A stretch of DNA of 64,000 nucleotides from an uncultured bacterium. Lineage in GTDB: Bacteria; Schekmanbacteria; GWA2-38-11; J061. Below, piece after piece: positions 19,701 to 29,142 of the stretch. The notes beneath the pieces are model-generated. The model did no database searches, was not told the DNA's origin, and was given only the letters and a program-made list of their open reading frames with translations. The translations under genes and the position numbers were made by a program. Location: assembly GCA_964549305.1 (NCBI GenBank), contig CAZJVM010000007.1:3029-67028 (forward strand), in the 5' to 3' direction. Each line of letters starts with the position of its first letter. The first letter of the stretch is position 1.

Positions 19701-20460
19701 GCTTGGATTGAATATTTCCCTTGAAAAACCAATTCATTTACCGCCTTTTGTAATTTCGCGGAACCCGTCCCTTTGGGGAATAAGCAATCAGGAATTATAC
19801 TGGACAATAGACAAACAGGGACTTGCTCAACATCCTACGCCCTTAAGGCGGGAAATAATCACCTTTGCCGCAGATATTGCAGATTCATCAGATATAAAAG
19901 ATAAATATGCCATTCCACTTGAAAACACGGAATGTGACAAAAAGGCTGAATTTAAAGAAGACAGGATTTATTTAAAAAACAACTCATCGCTTGTCTTTGA
20001 TATCGATTCAAAAAGCGATTATACCGCGATAATTGACTTAAATATTGAATCCTCAAACTCCGGAAAGAAGGAGTTGTTGTTTTCAATTAAAAACAGTTAT
20101 TTCCCGAAAGGAAAGCTTATTGCCATTAAAAGCATTGCCGCCAATTCCAAAATAAACAGCGTAGTCACAGTAATTCCACTGATTAAAGGCACGAATAGAA
20201 TCTCAATAAAATATAGAACCGATATAAAAAATTCACCCTTTGTAATTTCAGCAATTTCCTATTCCCCTATGGAGGAAAACAGTGGTTTGCTTCCGTTAAT
20301 TTTTCCTTCGGGTCTTGTAAAAATGCAACTGGGCAAAGGCAATATTATAATCGACCAGTTAAGGTGGAAAACATTGCCGGATACTTCTCCTGAGATTAAA
20401 AAAGCGGAAAGATATCTCAGCACGCTTTTCACAAATCTTATTTATAAAACCTCTCTCTAA
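16711..20460 (+). CDS. Secreted glycoside hydrolase family 2-like large protein
   Basis: Signal peptide, then a GH2 N-terminal sugar-binding-domain pattern (WQTVTVPG ... AFEAVKWSAEVFINGN ... GGFTPFEFDIT). The C-terminal 600 aa is of unknown function. Confidence 0.65.
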   Translation: MDKQLKIQHPKKHIFSILFFLLILSCPLFSLISTASETSIGLSGKWKLFETKTSTLPRKDTNWQTVTVPGYITGNWYPYAWYKKNFTLPEKKNGKADKVFIAFEAVKWSAEVFINGNSAGTHSGGFTPFEFDITPYIKFGEENEILVKVSNISSIREENTRKFLYPPGWHKDINLHGIWGNVSIEIRPYLHIKNLSLFTFVKSKTITISAMIVNYSDTSATANLTFSVKDKSDLVLNFKNNPETIGPGKIKKITARAKWQSPKLWSPQSPFLYELESILSSDDKIIDKKKTKFGFREFSISGNQFFLNGKKIHLFGTCFHIADVFDNLDAGSPERTFSLLKYANINVVRLMDQPWPEHWYDTADRMGMLIIADSAITPDGSQKISDPRYWENASAHISSYVQDKTNHPSIIIWNLSSEIDSMLAQNKDVKKSELENRMIRLKYDVSSIDPVRPTMNEGARDFGNADIENIHYPREYVYDLNMGGWHYQYPNAGFWFRLDKKGALRKNPAIPYYIGETLWSASRTPDGDTVFTGDKAYVNFLHFKQIAKSKALLSQMKAYRMTNMPGVSPWNIFEEKFWGNSWKDKHIPEKNPLIEACRKAFAPVVAFVKEYNGRFFSDSLLKRTIYVLNDSLSDKFLRAKISLLLDGKTLEETEKSFFIKTGGKNLINASFKLPETRIQKEFFLKISLSDERKELFSDSIKYTLFPKLEKSNFPKDKIMVFDPSQSLSFLAMEAFEYLNGQSLDDLPSDKILIVGENAFNEPLTDNSKRAQAISRFIQKGGKALILKQKTLPPEIYPVKKSNHTPTMVYIRSKGHPVFSGMKNDSLSFWQGNNFVAEDCYLKPEKGRVRALADSGGKGGLLYTPLIECFKGDGLFILCQMNIASKYNVEPSAGMLFKNIVDYLLSLSIKKTSADNIFLINGGDNFLKKIKRLTNLNPRDLRGKTLSSLINEKALFLADFGKEKNVNIPQSILEGVKSGSTLYIHSLTPRIIDRVNNMLGLNISLEKPIHLPPFVISRNPSLWGISNQELYWTIDKQGLAQHPTPLRREIITFAADIADSSDIKDKYAIPLENTECDKKAEFKEDRIYLKNNSSLVFDIDSKSDYTAIIDLNIESSNSGKKELLFSIKNSYFPKGKLIAIKSIAANSKINSVVTVIPLIKGTNRISIKYRTDIKNSPFVISAISYSPMEENSGLLPLIFPSGLVKMQLGKGNIIIDQLRWKTLPDTSPEIKKAERYLSTLFTNLIYKTSL

Positions 20461-20609
20461 AAAAAGCCTTTACTTTAAAAAAAAACAAATGGTATTTTAA
20501 ATTTCGTGGCAGTTATATTTTTGTTACCGTTCCTATATTTTCCTGATGGTTTTATTAATGTTCACATCACCGTTTAAGTTGTTTATAACAATCTTCATGG
20601 AGTGACATT

Positions 20610-23336
20610 ATGATCAGAAAGTTTTTCATATTTCTTCTTTTAAGCGCTCTTCTCCTTTCTCCCTTAACTTCCGCTCTTTGCGCTGAAACTGGAAAAATCA
20701 AAGGTGTCGTCAAAGACGAACAAAATGGCGAAGCACTTCCCGGCGTGACAATAACCGTCGATGGAACAGACATAGTAACTTTTACCGATGAGAAGGGAAG
20801 TTTCGAAATAGATATTTCCGAAGGGACATATACGGTAATCGCGGAATTCTTGGGATACAGTCCTTCAAAGGCGGAAAATGTAGTTGCCTCCTCTGAAAAG
20901 GATAACATCGTAAATTTTTCCTTGAAGGAGTTTGCCGCAATCGAAGGAGATACAGTCATAGTAACGGGCGACAGGATGAACATTCCCCTTTCAAGGGCAA
21001 CTGCTTCAGTTGAAGTAGTAAATTCCAAAAAATTTGAAATGACTGCAGGCGCTGATAATGCAGGCGATATTTTGAAAAACACCCCCGGCATCCAGATGGA
21101 AAGCGTTGGAGGTCCCGGAACAAGAAAAATCATCAAAATCAGAGGTCAGGGTTCTCAAACAGACAGCAACAGGGTTCTTCTTCTGATTGATGGAATACCA
21201 GCACAATCACCAAGAGTCGGGACTGGAGAACTTTCAGATTTTCCCGTTGAAATGATAGAACGCATAGAAGTAATGAAGGGTGCGGCATCTGCTATCTATG
21301 GCGGAAGTGCACAAGCAGGCGTCATAAACATAATCACGAAAAAGGGCAGAAAAAAACCCGTTTTTAAATTCAACACAAAGGTAAGCACATATCAGCACAG
21401 AACAAACGCCAATCAGGACTGGACGCAGTATTACGGAATATTTCATAGTTGGGGGGGAGAAAACTGGAATTACACTATAAGCGGTTCATACTTGTTTTCA
21501 AAAGGATTAACATATGCTGAAACTGGAAATATCGGTATCCTGTCAGCTAAAGAAAAATTCATTAAAGTCAATTATCCGGGATTCCCCGACTTTAAACCGA
21601 AAGAGAAAGCAACAGCACCTCCATTTTTTAATCAGGACTTGAATGCGCTTGAAGATATAGGAGCTCTTGATGACAGTGAAAATTATAATGTTTCGGCATC
21701 ATTCGGGGCAACACTTTTCAAGGGAAACCATATTAATTTAGCTGTCGGTTATTCCTTCAGGAAAAATCCCCAGTCATTTGGTGTTTTTACTGTTCCAACA
21801 ATGCAGTTACAAAGCGGTGGTAAGAGAGAATACCTCAATGTCTCCGATAACTGGGAAATTACTCCTAATCTTTTATACAGTTTAAAGATCAATCTTGCAA
21901 AAATTACTGAACCTGCAGATGTTCTCTTCTTTTCAAGTGATTACCAGTCAAAAAGGAATGCAGGTTATTATAAGAGAAATGGCATTGATCCCGAAAGTGA
22001 TATAGATTTTTATAAGGGTACCGGTGTACCTATCAACCCTGCTGTATTTCGTTATTTTTCAAAAAACTGGGGCGCGGACAATTCGCTGACTTATACTTCT
22101 GATATTCTTGAACCTGAAGGCAACAATTTAACAGTGGGGCATGCCTTCAGATGGGAAAAAGTTGACCTGCCTCTCTCAAAAAATGGTGGAACCCGTATCT
22201 TTACTGAGACTCCACAGCGAAGAAAATTCAACTCTTTATACTTTCAGGATGTCCAGAAATTCGGAAAACTCAATGTTAACATAGGCGGAAGATGGGAACA
22301 GGTATCAGGTTTCGTAGATGACTGGCAAGATGAATTTTCCCCCAGATTTGCAATAAATTACGAAATCAAACCCGGAACTTCCTTCAGGGCATCAGTAGGA
22401 AGGGCATTCAGACCACCTGAATACAGTCATATCTTTTGGCTGGAAGGACAGGGCGGAACTCTCTACGGCAATCCCAATCTTGGCTATGAGGTGACATGGT
22501 CGTATGAGCTTGGTTTTAAATTCCTGACAAAATATTTAAGCGGTGACATTGCATATTTTTTCAGCAAATATTCAGACCAGGAAGTGCAGGCGCCTCTCCT
22601 TGCCACAAATCCGGAGTTTATTAACCTTAACAATCCAAAAAACGTTAAGTTTTTTAAAATTTATAAAAAAAACAGAGAAATACTTGGAGAAGATATTTCA
22701 AGGGCAGTTGAAGAAATTGTTGACTATTATATTGATAAAGGGTTTTCAACAAAAGAAGGACTAATAAGCAGTGCTCAGCGATCAGTGACATGGATTAATC
22801 GTGGAACCTCTGTCCATCAGGGTTTTGACATCAGTTTTGATATCTCCAATCCGTGGCTTCCTGAATTTGCAGTCGGAGTTAATTATCTCTTTGACAGGGC
22901 AGTGGCAGAGGGAAGGAATCCCTTTGATTTTTCACAAGGAAGCGCTCCAAAAACAATATACAGCATCAATGATTTAGGTGGAAAGAAAAGTGCCGTTCCT
23001 CTTTCACTCATTGAGCTTAACGGAAATCGCTTAATTGAAACCCCCACTCATACATTGAGAGTTAGTACAAGCTACAGATTTCCTTTCGGACTTATTGGAA
23101 CAATCAATGGAAGATTTAAAAGTACCACCTTTTTCAGAACTCCATACTCAACAAGCGGAGCTATTTCTCAACCCGAGCACTGGGTTTGGGACATCGCACT
23201 TGTCCAACCATTGTTCAAAGGCAAAATGAAAATACAATTTGCCATAGAGAATATTTTCAGCAAACTTTATTATGAAGTCGGAATGATACCGTCAAGTGTT
23301 GCAAGATATGAATTGGGATTAAGCTGGGATTTTTAA
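20610..23336 (+). CDS. TonB-dependent outer-membrane receptor with N-terminal carboxypeptidase-regulatory-like domain
   Basis: Signal peptide, a CarbD-like segment (GKIKGVVKDEQNGEALPGVTITVDGTD), TonB box/plug (DTVIVTGDRM; plug), and a barrel with terminal aromatic ...LSWDF. Confidence 0.85.
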   Translation: MIRKFFIFLLLSALLLSPLTSALCAETGKIKGVVKDEQNGEALPGVTITVDGTDIVTFTDEKGSFEIDISEGTYTVIAEFLGYSPSKAENVVASSEKDNIVNFSLKEFAAIEGDTVIVTGDRMNIPLSRATASVEVVNSKKFEMTAGADNAGDILKNTPGIQMESVGGPGTRKIIKIRGQGSQTDSNRVLLLIDGIPAQSPRVGTGELSDFPVEMIERIEVMKGAASAIYGGSAQAGVINIITKKGRKKPVFKFNTKVSTYQHRTNANQDWTQYYGIFHSWGGENWNYTISGSYLFSKGLTYAETGNIGILSAKEKFIKVNYPGFPDFKPKEKATAPPFFNQDLNALEDIGALDDSENYNVSASFGATLFKGNHINLAVGYSFRKNPQSFGVFTVPTMQLQSGGKREYLNVSDNWEITPNLLYSLKINLAKITEPADVLFFSSDYQSKRNAGYYKRNGIDPESDIDFYKGTGVPINPAVFRYFSKNWGADNSLTYTSDILEPEGNNLTVGHAFRWEKVDLPLSKNGGTRIFTETPQRRKFNSLYFQDVQKFGKLNVNIGGRWEQVSGFVDDWQDEFSPRFAINYEIKPGTSFRASVGRAFRPPEYSHIFWLEGQGGTLYGNPNLGYEVTWSYELGFKFLTKYLSGDIAYFFSKYSDQEVQAPLLATNPEFINLNNPKNVKFFKIYKKNREILGEDISRAVEEIVDYYIDKGFSTKEGLISSAQRSVTWINRGTSVHQGFDISFDISNPWLPEFAVGVNYLFDRAVAEGRNPFDFSQGSAPKTIYSINDLGGKKSAVPLSLIELNGNRLIETPTHTLRVSTSYRFPFGLIGTINGRFKSTTFFRTPYSTSGAISQPEHWVWDIALVQPLFKGKMKIQFAIENIFSKLYYEVGMIPSSVARYELGLSWDF

Positions 23337-23450
23337 ATTTTTTTTCATTGCGGCTCTTATTTTTTTTCGATATGCAAATCCCTTCAAATTTAATATAATG
23401 TGTATTTGTTTTTTACGCTTTACCCTTATAACATTTTACAGAGAGGAACT

Positions 23451-26177
23451 ATGATCAGAAAGTTTTTCGTATTTCTTCTTTTAAGCGCTCTTCTCCTTTC
23501 CCCCTTAACTTCCGCTCTTTGCGCTGAAACCGGGAAAATCAAAGGTATCGTCAAAGACGAACAAAGCGGCGAAGCGCTTCCCGGCGTTACAATAACCGTC
23601 GATGGCACAGACATAGTAACTTTTACCGATGAGAAGGGAAGTTTCGAAATAGATATTTCCGAAGGGACATATACGGTAATCGCGGAATTCTTGGGATACA
23701 GTCCTTCAAAGGCGGAAAATGTAGTTGCCTCCTCTGAAAAGGATAACATCGTAAATTTTTCCTTGAAGGAGTTTGCGGCAATCGAGGGGGAAGAAGTCAT
23801 CGTGACAGGCGACAGAATGAACATCCCTATTTCAAGGGCAACAGCATCTGTAGAAGTTGTGAACTCCAAAAAATTTGAAGTTACCGCGGGCGCAGACAAT
23901 GCGGGAGATATCCTGAAAAACACGCCCGGAGTGCAGATGGAAAGCGTTGGAGGACCAGGCACAAGAAAAATCATTAAAATCCGCGGACAGGGTTCACAGG
24001 TTAACAGCAATCGTGTACTGCTTCTAATTGACGGTATACCGGCACAATCTCCAAGAGTCGGTACAGGTGAGCTTTCGGATTTTCCCGTTGAAATGATTGA
24101 GCGTATTGAAGTTATGAAGGGCGCCGCGTCTGCCATATACGGCGGAAGCGCTCAGGCAGGCGTCATAAACATAATCACGAAAAAGGGGAGAAAAAAACCT
24201 GTCTTTAAATTTAACACAAAGGTGAGCACATATCAGCACAGGACAAACGCCAATCAGGACTGGTCTCAATACTACGGTATATTTCACAGTTGGGGGGGAG
24301 AAAATTGGAATTATACCATAAGCGGTTCATACCTCTTTTCAAAGGGTCTGACTTATGCCGAAAAGGGAAATATCGCTGTTTTTCCTGCAAAAGGAAATTT
24401 TATTTCAGTTAATCACCCCGGATTCCCCGGGTTTAACCCGAAAGAAAAAGCAACGGCACCGCCATTTTTCAATCAGGACATGAATGTTTTACAAGATACC
24501 GGAGATCTCGATGACAGCGAAAATTACAATGTAAATGCATCATTCGGCGCAAAACTTTTTAAAGGAAATCGTTTCAATTTATCAGTTGGCTATTCCTTCA
24601 GAAAAAATCCACAGTCCTTCGGTGTTTTGACTGTGCCTACAATACAATTACAAAGCGGAGGGAAAAGAGATTATATTAATTTCTCAGATAACTGGGAAAT
24701 AACGCCCGACCTCTCATACAGTTTTAAGCTCAATCTCGCAAAAATCACGGAAAACGCGGATCTCGTTTTCTTTTCAAGCGATTATGTTTCTAAAAGAAAT
24801 GCCGGATACTATAAAAGAAATAACATAGACCCATGGACAGATGTTGATTTCTATAAAGGTACGGGCATCCCGGGAAATGTTGCGCCCTTTCATTATTTTG
24901 CCAAAAACTGGAATATGGACAACTCTATAACCTTTACTTCTGACATTTTGGAACCTGATGGAAACGGTCTTACTATTGGAGAATCATTCAGGTGGGAAAA
25001 GGTTGATTTGCCTCCTTCAAAAAACGGAGGAAATCTGATTTTTACCGAAACACCACAACATAGAAAATTCACTTCTCTTTATTTTCAGGATGTTCAGAAA
25101 TTCGGAAAACTTAATGTCAACATAGGCGGGAGATGGGAGCAGATAACGGGTTTTATTGATGATTGGGACGACGAGTTTTCACCAAGAGTTGCCATAAATT
25201 ACGAAATCAAACCGGGCACTTCCATAAGGGCGTCTGTGGGAAGGGCATTCAGACCGCCTGAATATTCACACATATATTGGTTTAAGGGGCAGGGAGGCAA
25301 TCTTTATGGCAACCCCAATCTCGGTTATGAAATCACCTGGTCCTATGAACTCGGATTCAAGTTTCTCACAAAATATCTGAGCGGCGACATTGCGTATTTT
25401 TACAGCAAATACTCAGATCAGGAAGTGTCGGTCCCCCTTCTCGCCGTAAATCCTAACTTTATCAATCTTAACAATCCCAAAAATGTTAAATTTTTTAAAA
25501 TTTATAAACAAAACAGGGAAATACTTGGAGAAGGAATAGCGAAATCCGTTGAAGAAGTTATTGATTATTACATTAGCAATGGCTTTATTAATAAAGAAGA
25601 GCTTATCAATGAAGCCCAGAGGTCAGTTACGTGGATTAACAGGGGGACATCAGTACATCAGGGTTTTGATGTAAGTTTTGATATTTCAAATCCGTGGTTG
25701 CCCGAGTTCGCAATCGGAATAAATTACCTCTTTGACAGAGCAGTGGCAGAAGGCAGAAACCCTTTCGATTTTTCTCAGGGAGACGCACCAAGCCCGGTTT
25801 TAGGCATTAACAGCTTGGGAGGAAAAAAATCTCCTATCCCACTATCACTTCTTGAACTTAATGGAAATCGACTTGTTGAAGTACCAACCCATAATTTCCG
25901 GGTACGGACAAGTTATAGATTTCCTTTTGGCCTAATGGCAACAATTAACGGCAGGTTTAAAAGCACAAGCCGCTTTAAATCCAATTACTCGGCAAGTGGC
26001 GCAATTCCTCAACCGGAACACTGGATTTGGGATTTGGCTCTTGTGCAGCCACTTTTTAATGGAAAAATGAAGGTCAAGTTTGCAATAGAAAACATCTTCA
26101 GCAAACTCTATTATGAAGTGGGAATGATACCGTCAAGCGTCGCAAGGTATGAATTGGGATTGAGTTGGGAGTTTTAA
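23451..26177 (+). CDS. TonB-dependent outer-membrane receptor, tandem paralog
   Basis: Same architecture as the first receptor. The start was taken at MIRKFF by analogy to its paralog (the ORF track extends to 23400). It ends ...LSWEF. Confidence 0.85.
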   Translation: MIRKFFVFLLLSALLLSPLTSALCAETGKIKGIVKDEQSGEALPGVTITVDGTDIVTFTDEKGSFEIDISEGTYTVIAEFLGYSPSKAENVVASSEKDNIVNFSLKEFAAIEGEEVIVTGDRMNIPISRATASVEVVNSKKFEVTAGADNAGDILKNTPGVQMESVGGPGTRKIIKIRGQGSQVNSNRVLLLIDGIPAQSPRVGTGELSDFPVEMIERIEVMKGAASAIYGGSAQAGVINIITKKGRKKPVFKFNTKVSTYQHRTNANQDWSQYYGIFHSWGGENWNYTISGSYLFSKGLTYAEKGNIAVFPAKGNFISVNHPGFPGFNPKEKATAPPFFNQDMNVLQDTGDLDDSENYNVNASFGAKLFKGNRFNLSVGYSFRKNPQSFGVLTVPTIQLQSGGKRDYINFSDNWEITPDLSYSFKLNLAKITENADLVFFSSDYVSKRNAGYYKRNNIDPWTDVDFYKGTGIPGNVAPFHYFAKNWNMDNSITFTSDILEPDGNGLTIGESFRWEKVDLPPSKNGGNLIFTETPQHRKFTSLYFQDVQKFGKLNVNIGGRWEQITGFIDDWDDEFSPRVAINYEIKPGTSIRASVGRAFRPPEYSHIYWFKGQGGNLYGNPNLGYEITWSYELGFKFLTKYLSGDIAYFYSKYSDQEVSVPLLAVNPNFINLNNPKNVKFFKIYKQNREILGEGIAKSVEEVIDYYISNGFINKEELINEAQRSVTWINRGTSVHQGFDVSFDISNPWLPEFAIGINYLFDRAVAEGRNPFDFSQGDAPSPVLGINSLGGKKSPIPLSLLELNGNRLVEVPTHNFRVRTSYRFPFGLMATINGRFKSTSRFKSNYSASGAIPQPEHWIWDLALVQPLFNGKMKVKFAIENIFSKLYYEVGMIPSSVARYELGLSWEF

Positions 26178-26287
26178 AGACAGCTCCTTACAATATGCAA
26201 TCTCGACTTCTTTGAAAGAAAAATCAGGTTGAATTAATTTCTTTCCTGTATTAATTTCAAACAGTTAAAGCAATGGCGGGAAAGTCT

Positions 26288-26316
26288 TTGACATTATTAA
26301 TTTTTTTTGTTATGAA
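26288..26316 (+). promoter_or_regulatory. Sigma70-like promoter TTGACA-17-TATGAA for the tRNA pair
   Basis: The hexamers have 17 bp spacing and end about 19 nt upstream of tRNA-Lys. Confidence 0.35.
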
Positions 26317-26334
26317 ACTGCCTCTTTAAACAAT

Positions 26335-26407
26335 GGGCCGTTAGCTCAGGTGGTAGAGCATCTCCCTTTTAAGGAGAGGGTCGTTGGTTCGAGCCCAACA
26401 CGGCTCA
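26335..26407 (+). tRNA. tRNA-Lys (anticodon TTT)
   Basis: Folded by hand as a cloverleaf. The 7 bp acceptor is GGGCCGT/ACGGCTC. D-arm GCTC..GAGC. Anticodon stem TCTCC/GGAGA with loop CTTTTAA. T-arm GTTGG-TTCGAGC-CCAAC. No encoded CCA. Confidence 0.9.
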
Positions 26408-26456
26408 AAGCTGATATTTTCATTTGGAGATATTGTTTTTTCAGGTTTTAAGATGT

Positions 26457-26529
26457 GTCCCCATCGTCTAGTGGTCTAGGACACCGGCCTTTCACGCCGG
26501 CAGCGGGGGTTCGACTCCCCCTGGGGACG
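26457..26529 (+). tRNA. tRNA-Glu (anticodon TTC)
   Basis: Acceptor GTCCCCA/TGGGGAC. Anticodon stem CCGGC/GCCGG with loop CTTTCAC. T-arm GGGGG-TTCGACT-CCCCC. Confidence 0.9.
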
Positions 26530-26963
26530 TATTTTGCGCCCTTCCTCTTATTATTCAAAAGCCATTGATTTATAAATCGATTCCTGAGTGTCGGTTTTTT
26601 GAACAGATAAATTCTTTATTTTTCAATTGGTTACATAAAAGAAAGGAAAAGTGTTATATTTTTTGGACACTTTTGAGAAATATTAGGAATAATTTAAAAC
26701 GATATATTAACTTCAAATTTTCTTTTTTTGATAATTATATCTTTAAAATTCAATAGGATATATCTGAGTTGTTTTCTTTGTTTCACATTTTGGCATTGAA
26801 ATTGCATAATTGTAAATAAATCAGTATTTAATTTGAAGAGGCTTTACATTATGTCGCTTAACAGAAAAATGAAGTACATTTCTCTTTATATACTGATATT
26901 TGCCCTCTCAGCTTTTATTGCCTGTTCGGTTATAAACTGAAACCCCGCCAAAGAATCAGCTAT

Positions 26964-27158
26964 TCATGCTGTTACCTCTGAAATAGCTTTATGTTGGCAT
27001 ACTTCACAACATACAAGACATCCTGTACAAAGGTTTTCAAGCCATACAACCGCTTCATCTCCTAAACGCAGAGCGTTATAGTCACACATATCAATGCAGC
27101 TTAAACAGGCCACACATATTTGTCTGTCAATTTTTATAATTGTTTTTCCGGAATTCAT
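26964..27158 (-). CDS. Ferredoxin-like protein (FixX-like), 2 Cys clusters
   Basis: 64 aa with CVACLSCIDMC and CTGCLVCCEVC. Its start overlaps the stop of the upstream flavoprotein gene by 4 nt. Confidence 0.7.
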   Translation of the reverse strand: MNSGKTIIKIDRQICVACLSCIDMCDYNALRLGDEAVVWLENLCTGCLVCCEVCQHKAISEVTA

Positions 27159-28519
27159 TTTTGAAATTCTTCTCCCCGCTTTAAAATCATGGAAACGAGC
27201 AACCTTACCTTTTGAGATTTTATTTCTGACGATTTCACAGAAAGAAGAGTCTTATACATATTTTTTATATACTCATTGGGCGTTCCAAACATATCATCAC
27301 TACCTTTAAGATGATCAATAACAATTTCTTCATTGAATATTCCAAAAAGTTCATTCAGATCTTCTTCATCAAGTGAATGCATAAATGTTGAAAAATCGAC
27401 CTGTTTCCTTGCATTCTTCACATACTTACCCCACCACTTATTATATCTCTCGATGGCATCCTTTGCTCCGTCACAACCCAGTATCTTTTCTATAGTTTCA
27501 GCCGCCCGGGCTGCGATTGCCATTGCGCCTGCCCACTGGGTTTCTATTGTAAATGCCGTATCGCCGAGGAAACTCATCCCTTCCAGAGCAAAAGGTTCTG
27601 CAATAGGAGAATCAACGGGAAGATAACAGCAAAACCTTTTGTAGGGGCATGCCTTACTAAATGCCTCTGCGCATGCATCATGATTATTCAGGAAATTGAG
27701 GAAATTTTTAAGGAAATCCACTGGGTTATCTGAGGAATTGTTTTTCGTATCATGGTCATTAATATCTGTAATAGTGTACATCTCCCCTTCACCAAGGTAT
27801 GCGGCCAGAGCAAGGGCATTTGGACCTGAAAATTTTCTGTTAAGATACATATTATGAAACGTGGGGTCAAAAAGTTCACTTCTGGACGTAAGGGATATAT
27901 CAAAATCCTTAAATTTCAGGCCTGCAATCCTTTTGGATCCCCAGTGTTTCTTCACAATTCCGGCAAGCCGCGAAATTTTCGATCTTATGCCGTCTGCGGC
28001 CACAACATGGTCAGCCTTAATTTTCAAATGAGAATTTCCTGCATTTTCAGCCAATAATCCAGTTACACGATTTTTTTTCTTTATGAGGCCGACAATCTCA
28101 AATCCGTAAAATAAAGCTGTGCCGGCTTCCCTTGCCTCTTTTTCAAGCTTCTCTACCCAATAACGGTAATCGATGCGATAATTAGTCGGAGAAATAGAAC
28201 GGAGGCGCAGATTCTGCTTGCCGGGAGAATATGTTGCAAACCCGTATATTTCATTTTTAATGCTGTGCTTTTCAAGCGTGAACCCGCTTTCGAGGAAATA
28301 AATGCCGTTGTCATTTATACTTACCCTGTTTGGCTGGAGAGAAAGCATCTCCATTATGCCAGGATTAATAAAGGTTGGCGAAGGCTTCCGGTCAACGACT
28401 GCTACCTTAAATCCTTTCCCGGATAACTTCTTTGCTGCCATTAATCCGCATGGCCCTGCACCTGCAATCGCTATATCAAATGATTTTTCTGTCATAATAC
28501 TAAATTCCTCATTTTCCAT
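27155..28519 (-). CDS. FAD-dependent oxidoreductase, geranylgeranyl-reductase/FixC-like family
   Basis: Rossmann dinucleotide motif DIAIAGAGPCG and a GD..G-like region. It has a roughly 100 aa C-terminal extension. The true start is possibly the internal MTEKSF. Confidence 0.75.
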   Translation of the reverse strand: MENEEFSIMTEKSFDIAIAGAGPCGLMAAKKLSGKGFKVAVVDRKPSPTFINPGIMEMLSLQPNRVSINDNGIYFLESGFTLEKHSIKNEIYGFATYSPGKQNLRLRSISPTNYRIDYRYWVEKLEKEAREAGTALFYGFEIVGLIKKKNRVTGLLAENAGNSHLKIKADHVVAADGIRSKISRLAGIVKKHWGSKRIAGLKFKDFDISLTSRSELFDPTFHNMYLNRKFSGPNALALAAYLGEGEMYTITDINDHDTKNNSSDNPVDFLKNFLNFLNNHDACAEAFSKACPYKRFCCYLPVDSPIAEPFALEGMSFLGDTAFTIETQWAGAMAIAARAAETIEKILGCDGAKDAIERYNKWWGKYVKNARKQVDFSTFMHSLDEEDLNELFGIFNEEIVIDHLKGSDDMFGTPNEYIKNMYKTLLSVKSSEIKSQKVRLLVSMILKRGEEFQK

Positions 28520-28585
28520 ACACCGTCGGAATTTTCAAAACCTTGTTTTTTTTCAATACACATAATTAATAAATGAACTTTGAAA

Positions 28586-29074
28586 TTATTTTATAGGACT
28601 AATCCTAAAAGTGCATTTTTCAGCACCTGCCGCAATTCTTGAAATGATTGTCATCTTACAGCCAATCTTCTCAACCTGTTTTGCTTCCCGTTCGCAGAGA
28701 TATTTACACACTTCTTTTTCAAGCCCGTATTGCCCTGCTACATCCAATGGAGGACAATTCAAAAAAGAGAGTTGGAGCTCGTTTTCTGTTTCAGAATCTC
28801 TTTCTACACAGAAACCTAACATCCTGTCAGGCACACCTATATTTTGTTTTAAATCTGCAAATTTTAACTTCATTTTCATGTTGCTTGCCGTTTGATGAAA
28901 CATACATTCCCTGATAGACCAATAAAGCTCTTTTCCTTTTTCCCCTAATTGTTCTGTCAAAACCTTATAAGCAGCAGCATCTCTGCTGAAAACAGCTTTT
29001 CTTAAAAATTCTATCTGTCTGTCGAGAGGGATTTCATTGTCGATAATGACATGATTGTTTTCTATTCCTGTCAT
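28586..29074 (-). CDS. Small four-cysteine protein, ATC-hydrolase-like family (third member in window)
   Basis: 162 aa. Its C-terminal pattern F-L-N-C ... E-V-C-K-Y-L-C ... I-G-C ... K-C-T-F is parallel to the 5..532 and 588..1124 ORFs. Confidence 0.45.
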   Translation of the reverse strand: MTGIENNHVIIDNEIPLDRQIEFLRKAVFSRDAAAYKVLTEQLGEKGKELYWSIRECMFHQTASNMKMKLKFADLKQNIGVPDRMLGFCVERDSETENELQLSFLNCPPLDVAGQYGLEKEVCKYLCEREAKQVEKIGCKMTIISRIAAGAEKCTFRISPIK

Positions 29075-29142
29075 AACTTACCTCCTTGAATATGATTATT
29101 ATCTTTTATTGCTATAAATTTTTTCATGCGTTTCTTTCATTC

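Noticed and set aside
16711-26177. Canonical Bacteroidetes-type polysaccharide utilisation locus
   Set aside because: No SusD-like lipoprotein or hybrid two-component/ECF-anti-sigma pair accompanies the TonB-dependent receptors, so only a generic glycan-uptake association can be claimed.
26178-26963. Integrated mobile element at the tRNA-Lys/tRNA-Glu locus
   Set aside because: There is no integrase, no direct repeat of a tRNA 3' end, and no phage or transposon genes nearby. The region is simply AT-rich intergenic.
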